Made by a program: the position numbers and the translations under genes. 64,000 nt of DNA from an uncultured Rhodocyclaceae bacterium (GTDB taxonomy: Bacteria; Pseudomonadota; Gammaproteobacteria; Burkholderiales; Rhodocyclaceae), in the NCBI GenBank assembly GCA_964632965.1, contig CAZWFC010000001.1, positions 804 through 64,803 of the forward strand, in the 5' to 3' direction. Under the pieces are notes generated by a model. That model did no database searches, had not been told where the DNA came from, and saw nothing but the letters and a program-made list of their open reading frames with translations. Below, piece by piece: positions 8,986 through 15,894 of this stretch; the stretch's first letter is position 1, and the number at the start of each line of letters is the position of its first letter.

Positions 8986-9974
8986 GGCGTGTGTCCCTTG
9001 TGCATGCGCTTGATGAATCCGGCTTCGGTGGCTGCGAAGACGGGAATGCCGGCGAAGGTGGCGCTGAGCGCGCCCGGTTCCGGGCAGGCGGCGACGCACT
9101 TGAAGCACAGGGTGCAGTCGTCGCTCATGATGTCGGCCTTGTCGACGTCGTCGGCGATGGCCTTGATCTCCATGTCGCAGACGCGGTAGCAGTCGCCGCA
9201 GCGGGTGCATTTGTCGCCGTCCTTCTTCAGCTTCAGCAAGGCCGGCTTGGACATCAGGTAGTGCAGCGCGCTCATCGGGCAGAAGAAGCAGAAGAAGCGC
9301 TTCTTGACGAAGGAACCGACCAGGAACAGGCCGGTGACCGCCATGCCCAGCGCGGTCATTACCAGCGCCGTCCGGCTCGAGAAGTCGATGGTCAGCTGCG
9401 AGAAATCCCCCGTGAACATCGGCAGGACCATGCGTGCCGGGCAGATCAGACAGAACGGCGTCGCCATGTCGCGCGAGAAGAAGCCGCCGCCGATGCCGAG
9501 CGGGATCAGGATCGTCAGCGCGAGCAGGACATACTTGATCCGGGTCAGCTGCGCGAACTGCCCCCGGCTGTAGCGCGAGTAGCGGATGCCGAGGCGGCGG
9601 CGCAACGCGGTGATCCAGTCCTGGATCGTGCCGAGCGGACAGACGAAGCCGCACCAGCCCTTGTTGAGGACGATGAACCAGAGGCCGAAGACGAGGAAGC
9701 CGGTGAGGATGGCGAGGCTGGCGGCGCTGAACAGCATCGGCCAGGAGCGGCTCAGCTGGTGCTGCAGCGGCAGCAGGTAGCACACGCCGCCCCGCCCGTC
9801 CTGGTTGTAGCCGCAGGAGAAGAAGGGCAGGCGCGAGCCCAGGTCGATGGCGAGGTAGCCGCCATAGACGAAGAGGACGAAGCCGGCGATCTGGAACCAG
9901 AAGCGGAAGCGGTTCCAGTCGACGCGATTGACGGCGTCGCGAACCGCCTGCAGGCACGCGTTATTTGGCGTCAT
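8982..9974 (-). CDS. NapH/NosH/MauN-type polytopic membrane protein with two ferredoxin-type 4Fe-4S motifs
   Basis: ORF trimmed to ATG 9974. It has several TM helices, a CGFVCPLGTIQDW motif and a second membrane CxxCP motif (FFCFFCP). The C-terminus carries CTRCGDCYRVC and CTLCFKCVAACP. Confidence 0.8.
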   Translation of the reverse strand: MTPNNACLQAVRDAVNRVDWNRFRFWFQIAGFVLFVYGGYLAIDLGSRLPFFSCGYNQDGRGGVCYLLPLQHQLSRSWPMLFSAASLAILTGFLVFGLWFIVLNKGWCGFVCPLGTIQDWITALRRRLGIRYSRYSRGQFAQLTRIKYVLLALTILIPLGIGGGFFSRDMATPFCLICPARMVLPMFTGDFSQLTIDFSSRTALVMTALGMAVTGLFLVGSFVKKRFFCFFCPMSALHYLMSKPALLKLKKDGDKCTRCGDCYRVCDMEIKAIADDVDKADIMSDDCTLCFKCVAACPEPGALSATFAGIPVFAATEAGFIKRMHKGHTP

Positions 9975-11361
9975 CGAAGCGCACCTCCGGGAACGGCCTG
10001 ATCCGGCGCCGGCGATAGAGATAGACGGCGGCGCCGCCGAACAGCACGATCGCCAGGCCGACGCCGAGGCCCCAGGCATAGGAGCGGTAGTCCTCGGGCG
10101 ACGGGTAGTAGTTGCCGGCCAGGGTGGCCTGATAGCGCACACCGGTGTAGGGCTGGCCCTTGTAGCTGCCGGCTTCGGCGGCGCTGGCTTCGGCGATGAG
10201 CAGGAAGCTCGCCTTGAAGCGTTTCTGGAACTCGTTCCAGGGCGGGAAGTAGTCGCGGATGATCTGGAAGCTGACGCGGCCCTGCTCGTCGCTGACCGCT
10301 TCCTTGGTCCAGCCCTGGTGGCTGACGAAGCGCACCCGCGCCCCCGCCGCGGGCAGGCCCTTCTGCAGGACGACGAAGACCTGCTCGTCGCCGGAGCGCA
10401 GGCGGAAGAACAGCGGCTTTTCGTTCGGCTGGCGCTCGCGCACGATCTCGATCGGCGCCGAGTCCAGCACCCGGTCGGCGGCGGCGCCCCTGGCGCGTTC
10501 CTCCTCCTCGGCATCGTGGGTGAAGTTGCCGACTTCGGCCTTGGCGACGCTGACGCTCAGGGTTTCCCCCTGCAACTTGCGGGTGGTGGCGTACACGCGG
10601 TAGAAGCCCTGTGCCGGCATTTCGAAGGCCAGATTGCGCTGGCCTGCGGCGGGCGGCGGCAGGGGGTCGCCCTCCGGTTTGCCGAACGGCGCGACGAGGA
10701 CGGTCTCCGGCGCCGCATCGGCCTCCTCGCGGTAGAACGGCGACTTCTGTGGGTCCGTGCCGCTGCGCAGCCACAGGCGCTTGACGCGCGGCCCGCCGCC
10801 CATGTCCATTCCCCCCATATCCATGCCGCCCATGCCGCCGCGGCGGCTGCCTTCCGGGCGCACGGCGTCGCCGCGCATCGGCGGCATGTCCGAGATCCAG
10901 ATCGTGCCGCCGCCGCGCATGCCCATGCCGCCGGGCCGGCCGCCGCTGCGGGAACTGTCCTCGGGCTTGCCGGCGACAGTCGGTGGCGCGCCCGCGGCGA
11001 CTTTTTCCGTTGCCGTGCCGTGCCGATGGCCGGCGTCCGCAGCCGGTGGGGCGGGTGGCACGGCCTTGTCTTCCTGCGCGGCGCGTTTGGCGCGCCACTC
11101 GGCTATCTGTGCTGCGCTGGGGCGTCCGCTGCCCGGCTGGGCAGCGTCCGGTTTGCCGCCGGGCTGCGCCGATGCCGCCGGTGCGCCGTCACCTTCCGCC
11201 TTGGCGCGCTCCGCCGCCCGTTTCTGGTAGAACGCCCGCCGTTCCTCCGGGCTGGCGCCCTCGGGCGGACGCGAACCGCTGCTCCCGTCCTGCGCCAGGA
11301 CGAGGCCGCTCGCCAGCAGCGTCAGCAATGCCGGCACGATGCGATGTGTCAGGTGGCTCAT
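9961..11361 (-). CDS. Exported Met/Gly-rich protein with a DUF4198-like (CbiK/NikM-periplasmic-like) C-terminal domain and a C-terminal TM anchor
   Basis: ORF trimmed to ATG 11361 (signal peptide MSHLTHRIVPALLTLLASGLVLA). It has a low-complexity Ala/Pro/Gly region and a Met-rich tract, GGMGMRGGG...MPPMRG...GGMGGMDMGGMDMGGG. An Ig-like block (VFVVLQKGLPAAGARVRFVSHQGWTKEAVSDEQGRVSF) is followed by a terminal TM helix plus RRRR. The DUF4198 assignment is from memory of that family's pattern. Confidence 0.7.
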   Translation of the reverse strand: MSHLTHRIVPALLTLLASGLVLAQDGSSGSRPPEGASPEERRAFYQKRAAERAKAEGDGAPAASAQPGGKPDAAQPGSGRPSAAQIAEWRAKRAAQEDKAVPPAPPAADAGHRHGTATEKVAAGAPPTVAGKPEDSSRSGGRPGGMGMRGGGTIWISDMPPMRGDAVRPEGSRRGGMGGMDMGGMDMGGGPRVKRLWLRSGTDPQKSPFYREEADAAPETVLVAPFGKPEGDPLPPPAAGQRNLAFEMPAQGFYRVYATTRKLQGETLSVSVAKAEVGNFTHDAEEEERARGAAADRVLDSAPIEIVRERQPNEKPLFFRLRSGDEQVFVVLQKGLPAAGARVRFVSHQGWTKEAVSDEQGRVSFQIIRDYFPPWNEFQKRFKASFLLIAEASAAEAGSYKGQPYTGVRYQATLAGNYYPSPEDYRSYAWGLGVGLAIVLFGGAAVYLYRRRRIRPFPEVRFDDAK

Positions 11362-11368
11362 GATCGGG

Positions 11369-13669
11369 TCAGAAGCTGTAGGAGACGCCGGCACGCAGGG
11401 TCAGCGGCGTGTAGGAGCCGCTGTTGCCCTGGCTGCCTATGGCGCCGACCACGTTTGAGACTCCGCCGATCGAGAACAGCGCGGCGCGGGCGGCGTATTT
11501 CTGGTCGGTGAGGTTGAGCGCATGCAGCCAGAACGACCAGTCCTTGCCCCGATAGCTGGCGCGCAGGCTGTAGAGATCCGGACGGGAGTAGGAACCGAGG
11601 CTGTTCGTGGTTTCGAGGTAATAGCTGGCCGTGTAATCGCCCTCCAGTTCCACCAGCCAGCCGGGCGCCGGCTTCACCCCGATCCGCAGGTTGACCTTCT
11701 GGCGCGGCAGGGCCTGGTAGGACTTGCCCGCATAGTCGTAAGTGGTGGTCTTGTAGTCGGTGAAGTAGGCGCGGGCGTTGGTGTAGGTGGCGCCGAGATC
11801 GAGCCAGGAAGCGGCCGCCCAGGTGAACATCGATTCCAGCCCCCGGGTGGCGAGTTGTCCGGCGGCTTCGTTGAGGGTGCAGGTCGCCCCTGCGTTCAAG
11901 GCCGCCTGTTCCGCCGCGGTACAGGTCCGCGTCGTATTGAAGCCGTTGGCTTTTGCGTGGTAGAGGGTCACGTCGTAGTGCAGGCCGAGTTCCCGGAAAC
12001 GTCCGCGGAAGCCGATTTCCCTGGTCAGCCCCCTCTCGGGCGCCAGCACCGCGCCGATCACGTTGGCGGCCTGCCCGACGGTCTTCGTATTCACCAGGCT
12101 GGAGGTGGATTGCGGGTTGAAGGTTTCGCCCCAGTTGGCCCAGACGAGATGGCTCTTGTCGAGTTCGTAGGTCGCGCCCAGGCGCCGCACATCGCCCTTG
12201 CGCGTCATCGTCACGTCCTTGTTCGTGGCGGTCCGGTCGTCGACGTTGTAGTCGATCTTGCCGAAGCGCTCGCCGATGTGAAGCCGCAGTCTTTCGAGGG
12301 GCGAGAACTCGACATGGACGAAGGGCGTGGTCTCCCGGGTTTCGGTCAACGATCCCGACGACGACAGGCTGCCCTGCGCCCACATGCCGGCCTGGGCCTG
12401 AAGCGCGTTGAAGCTGTTGTTGTAGGTGGTCGAGTCGGTCGCGACGTCGATGACCTCGGCGCCGACATAGGCAGTGGTCTTGGCCAGGTCGAATTCCTGC
12501 CGGTACATCGCCAGGGTCGTCTTCGTGGTCGCCGCCGACTTCTTGACGGTGTTCGTGACGGTTGCGCTGCCGTTGACGGCCGCACAGCCGACGGCCACGT
12601 TGTCGCAGATCACGCTGTTGGCGCCGCCGGAACCGCCGCTGCCGTTGTTGATGCCGTCGTCGGTGATCCTGCTGTGCGCGATGGAGAACTCCCCGCGCTC
12701 GCCGATCAGTTGCTGGAGCCGCAACGACGTGGTCTTGTAGGTGTCGATGTACTGGCCGAAGGTGCCGGGTACGACCTGCCGCCAGTCCTTGTCGAAATAG
12801 GTTTCGCGCAGGTTCGCGCCGTTGAGGCTCACGTTCTTCAGTTTGGCCGCCTCGTTCGCATTCAGCGGCAGCGAACCGGCCCAGCGATAGTCGTAGCGCA
12901 GCTGGCTCTGGCCGAGGGTGATCCGGGTCGAGTCGGTCGGCCGGAACTGCGCCCGTACATTGAGGCCGTCCTTGTGCTCGGCTGCGGCATCCTGGGCCGA
13001 CGGGGCGCTGCTCTTGCGCCAGCCGCCGTTGTCCATGCTGCTGCCGGTGACGATGAAACTGAAGCGGCCATCGGCGAAGCCGGTGCCGGCGCTGCCTTGC
13101 GTGCGCAGGAAGCCCCAGCTGCCGGCCTCCTGCGACAGCCTGGCCTGAAAGCGCTCCGGCGGCTGGCGGGTGAACACGCTGATCGTGCCGCCCAGTGCGC
13201 CGCTGCCATAGAGTGCGGAAGCCGGACCGGTGATGACTTCGATGCGTTCGATATCCGCACCATCGACTTCGTCGAATACCGATGTGTTGGTCGCCGTTGC
13301 GCGCATGCCGTCGATGCGGTTCTCGGTGTACAACTTGCCGCCGTCCGGAATGCGCATGTTGCGGACCATGCTGATGCCGGGCACCCGCTTGCCGAGTTCC
13401 AGCAGGTTGTTGACCAGTTGCAGGTGCTCGATTTCCTCCTTGCCCACGACGGCGCCGGAGATCGGCGTGTACTCGGTCAGCTTGCCCAGTTCGGTACGCA
13501 GTTGTATCGGTTTGTCGGTGTCCGAGGAAACGCTCACTTCCTTGAGCCGGGTTTCGTTGTCTTCGGCAACGGCGCTGCCGGCGCAGAGCAGGCCGATGGC
13601 CGCCGCGACGGCGACGGGCAGCGGACGGCGGGCGGCGATGGCGGCTGCCGCATTGGGTTTGCGGATCAT
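11369..13669 (-). CDS. TonB-dependent outer-membrane receptor
   Basis: Signal peptide ...AIGLLCAGSAVA. Plug motifs are present (VSVSSD, ELGKRVPGISM, NRIDGMR, IEVITGPASALYGSGALGGTI). The C-terminus is ...AGVSYSF. Confidence 0.9.
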   Translation of the reverse strand: MIRKPNAAAAIAARRPLPVAVAAAIGLLCAGSAVAEDNETRLKEVSVSSDTDKPIQLRTELGKLTEYTPISGAVVGKEEIEHLQLVNNLLELGKRVPGISMVRNMRIPDGGKLYTENRIDGMRATATNTSVFDEVDGADIERIEVITGPASALYGSGALGGTISVFTRQPPERFQARLSQEAGSWGFLRTQGSAGTGFADGRFSFIVTGSSMDNGGWRKSSAPSAQDAAAEHKDGLNVRAQFRPTDSTRITLGQSQLRYDYRWAGSLPLNANEAAKLKNVSLNGANLRETYFDKDWRQVVPGTFGQYIDTYKTTSLRLQQLIGERGEFSIAHSRITDDGINNGSGGSGGANSVICDNVAVGCAAVNGSATVTNTVKKSAATTKTTLAMYRQEFDLAKTTAYVGAEVIDVATDSTTYNNSFNALQAQAGMWAQGSLSSSGSLTETRETTPFVHVEFSPLERLRLHIGERFGKIDYNVDDRTATNKDVTMTRKGDVRRLGATYELDKSHLVWANWGETFNPQSTSSLVNTKTVGQAANVIGAVLAPERGLTREIGFRGRFRELGLHYDVTLYHAKANGFNTTRTCTAAEQAALNAGATCTLNEAAGQLATRGLESMFTWAAASWLDLGATYTNARAYFTDYKTTTYDYAGKSYQALPRQKVNLRIGVKPAPGWLVELEGDYTASYYLETTNSLGSYSRPDLYSLRASYRGKDWSFWLHALNLTDQKYAARAALFSIGGVSNVVGAIGSQGNSGSYTPLTLRAGVSYSF

Positions 13670-13725
13670 GGTGCTTGACTCCGTTATCTGGATTGAATGA
13701 GGTTTTCCGTCCGGCCGACGGGCAG

Positions 13726-14136
13726 CTAGCGCGGCGATTCGGTGACGAAGGCGATCTTCGTCACCCCCGCGTTCTGCGCCACGGCCAGGATGTCGGCCAC
13801 TTTTTCGTAGGGCGTGCCGCGGTCGGCACGCAGGTGGAGTTCCGGTTGCGACGATGCGAGTTCGTTGAGGCGGGCATGGATATCGGCGCGGGTCGTCGGG
13901 ATGCCGTCGAGGTACAGGTTGCCCGGGCCGTCCAGGGCCAGCTTCACCACCACGGGCTTGTCGTCGAGCCGGGTCGAATCGACGCGCGGCAGGTCGATGG
14001 GCACGGCCTGATGGAAGAGCGGCGCGGTGATGATGAAAATGACCAGCAGCACCAGCATCACGTCGACCAGGGGCGTGGTGTTGATCTCGGCCATCGGCGC
14101 CTGGTTTGCGCCTTCGTTGAAGGAACCGAAGGCCAT
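13726..14136 (-). CDS. exbD: Biopolymer transport protein ExbD/TolR
   Basis: ORF trimmed to ATG 14136, which forms an ATGA overlap with the exbB stop. It has MAEINTTPLVDVMLVLLVIFIITAP, typical of ExbD. 136 aa. Confidence 0.9.
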   Translation of the reverse strand: MAFGSFNEGANQAPMAEINTTPLVDVMLVLLVIFIITAPLFHQAVPIDLPRVDSTRLDDKPVVVKLALDGPGNLYLDGIPTTRADIHARLNELASSQPELHLRADRGTPYEKVADILAVAQNAGVTKIAFVTESPR

Positions 14137-14957
14137 CACGCGGCCCTCGCCGTTGCCACCGCGGCGACGGCCGGGCGCGTTGCCGCGCTGGACGGGAAGC
14201 TCTCCGCCGGGCGGCGTGCGCCGGTGGTCAGGAAGGCATGCAGGTCGTGCGCGAAGCCGTCGAGCTGCGCCAGCACCAGCCGATTGCCGCGCGTCAGCGC
14301 GTTGTAGGCCAGCACGGCGGGAATGGCGACGAAAAGGCCGGCAGCGGTCATGATCAGCGCCTCGCCGACCGGGCCGGCGACCTTGTCCAGCACCACCTGA
14401 GTCGAGCCGGACAACGCGACCAGCGCATGGTAGATGCCCCATACCGTGCCGAACAGACCGATGAACGGCGCCGTCGATCCCACCGACGCCAGGAAGGTCA
14501 GGCCGCTTTCCATCCCGGCCTGGGCGTGAAGCATGTGGTTGCGCAGCGCACGGGTCACGCATTCGTTGAGGCTGACGCCGGCACCGAGGCCGCGCGCGGC
14601 ATGGCATTCCGCCGCCGCCTGGGCGCAGCTGCCGCAGTCGGCGTTTCCCGCACCCAGGTTGCGTCCCGCCGGGCAGCCGTGGATTTGCGCGGCCTGAGTG
14701 CCGGCGCGGGCCAATCCGGCGAACGCCCCGGTGCGGTCCGCGCCTTCGATGGCCGCGAGCGCTTCGGGCAAGGTGCGCGCCTGCCAGAACGTCTGCGGCG
14801 CCTGCTCCATGGCGCGGTTGAAGCGGAGCTGGAGAACGAAGCGCGTGATGGTCAGCGACCAGCCGGCGATCGACAGCAGCAGCAGCAGGACTGCCACGGA
14901 ATGGGTGACCAGATCGCCCTGTTGCCAGAAATGAGCCAAGCCGAGATCGGAGTGCAT
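14136..14957 (-). CDS. exbB: MotA/TolQ/ExbB proton-channel protein with a Cys-rich cytoplasmic-loop insertion
   Basis: Conserved ExbB blocks are present (APFIGLFGTVWGIYHAL, VAGPVGEALIMTAAGLFVAIPAVLAYN). It is 273 aa versus 236 aa for the paralog at 18904. The extra segment carries C95, C108, C111, C118 and C133. Confidence 0.9.
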   Translation of the reverse strand: MHSDLGLAHFWQQGDLVTHSVAVLLLLLSIAGWSLTITRFVLQLRFNRAMEQAPQTFWQARTLPEALAAIEGADRTGAFAGLARAGTQAAQIHGCPAGRNLGAGNADCGSCAQAAAECHAARGLGAGVSLNECVTRALRNHMLHAQAGMESGLTFLASVGSTAPFIGLFGTVWGIYHALVALSGSTQVVLDKVAGPVGEALIMTAAGLFVAIPAVLAYNALTRGNRLVLAQLDGFAHDLHAFLTTGARRPAESFPSSAATRPAVAAVATARAA

Positions 14958-14962
14958 GGAAG

Positions 14963-15634
14963 CTACCCTTGAAGGTTGAAGGTGATGGGGACCTGGACCC
15001 AGGCCGCGACCGTCTCGTCGCCGCGCCGCGCGGGAACGAAGCGCCAGCGGCTGACGGCCTCTTCGGCGGCCTGGTCGAGGCGGGCGAAGCCGCTGCTGAG
15101 CTTGATTTCGACCTTCTCGGCCAGGCCGGCGGCACTGACGCGAACCCGCAGCAGCACGCGGCCCTCTTCGCGCAGGCGGCGCGAGGCGTGCGGATAGACA
15201 GGCTTGGGGTTGTCGAGGTAATCGGCGTCGAAGCGGGCGGCTGTCACCGGCACCGCTTCGGGTGCGGCGATCGGCGCCGGGGCCGGCGCGGCCTGCGGTG
15301 CCGGCGGCTGGGGCGGTACGGCGAATGCCGCGGCCTGCGGTGCCGGTGTGTCGGCGGCGAGGACCGGCTGCGGGGCGGGTCTGGCTTTTCGCGGTGTCTG
15401 CCTGGGCGGAGGCGGCGGCGGAACTTCCGGCGCCGATTCGATCAGGCGCGCGGTGAAGGGGCGCGCCAGATCGGCGAACCGCTCGGCCGGAACGGCGAGC
15501 GCGACGAGGACGAGCAGCGCCGCATGCCCTGCGGCCACGCCGGCGAAGGAGAGCGTCTGGCCGCGCGGCTTGCCGAGCGGTGTTCCGTAATCAGGAAAAA
15601 AAAGTCCCATTGCGCCTGTCGAAGAATTTTCCAT
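14963..15634 (-). CDS. tonB: Energy transducer TonB
   Basis: N-terminal TM helix, a Pro-rich spacer (PPPPPPRQTPRKARPAPQP...) and a C-terminal TonB domain (YPHASRRLREEGRVLLRVRV...RWRFVPARRGD). The start could instead be the ATG at 15610. Confidence 0.85.
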   Translation of the reverse strand: MENSSTGAMGLFFPDYGTPLGKPRGQTLSFAGVAAGHAALLVLVALAVPAERFADLARPFTARLIESAPEVPPPPPPRQTPRKARPAPQPVLAADTPAPQAAAFAVPPQPPAPQAAPAPAPIAAPEAVPVTAARFDADYLDNPKPVYPHASRRLREEGRVLLRVRVSAAGLAEKVEIKLSSGFARLDQAAEEAVSRWRFVPARRGDETVAAWVQVPITFNLQG

Positions 15635-15730
15635 TGGCAGGCAACGCCGATCCGCCGGGTCGCGACGAAACGAAGCCGCCTATGCCTTAAGTGAGGCGGC
15701 ATTAAATCGGACACTGCCGGTGCTGGGAAT

Positions 15731-15832
15731 GCGGCACGTTGTCGCGCGGCGGATTGCCGCGCGGCATCTTGCCGCACCATCGATTCGTCATGATTGCCGT
15801 GCGGCATAACGCCGCATGCGACGCTGTGTCGC
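15731..15832. promoter_or_regulatory. Array of five GCGNC-N5-GNCGC units in the divergent tonB / TBDR control region
   Basis: Three units abut exactly: GCGGC-ACGTT-GTCGC | GCGGC-GGATT-GCCGC | GCGGC-ATCTT-GCCGC (15731-15775). They are followed by GCGGC-ATAAC-GCCGC (15801-15815) and GCGAC-GCTGT-GTCGC (15818-15832). Confidence 0.5.
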
Positions 15833-15894
15833 AGGGGCGCGGGCGGGCGCGCACCTAGAATCACGGACTTTCACGTTTCCTTCCAAAAATCATC

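Noticed and set aside
11522-13678. 718-aa plus-strand ORF antisense to the TBDR at 11369..13669
   Set aside because: Same reasoning: a shadow ORF of a well-supported receptor gene.
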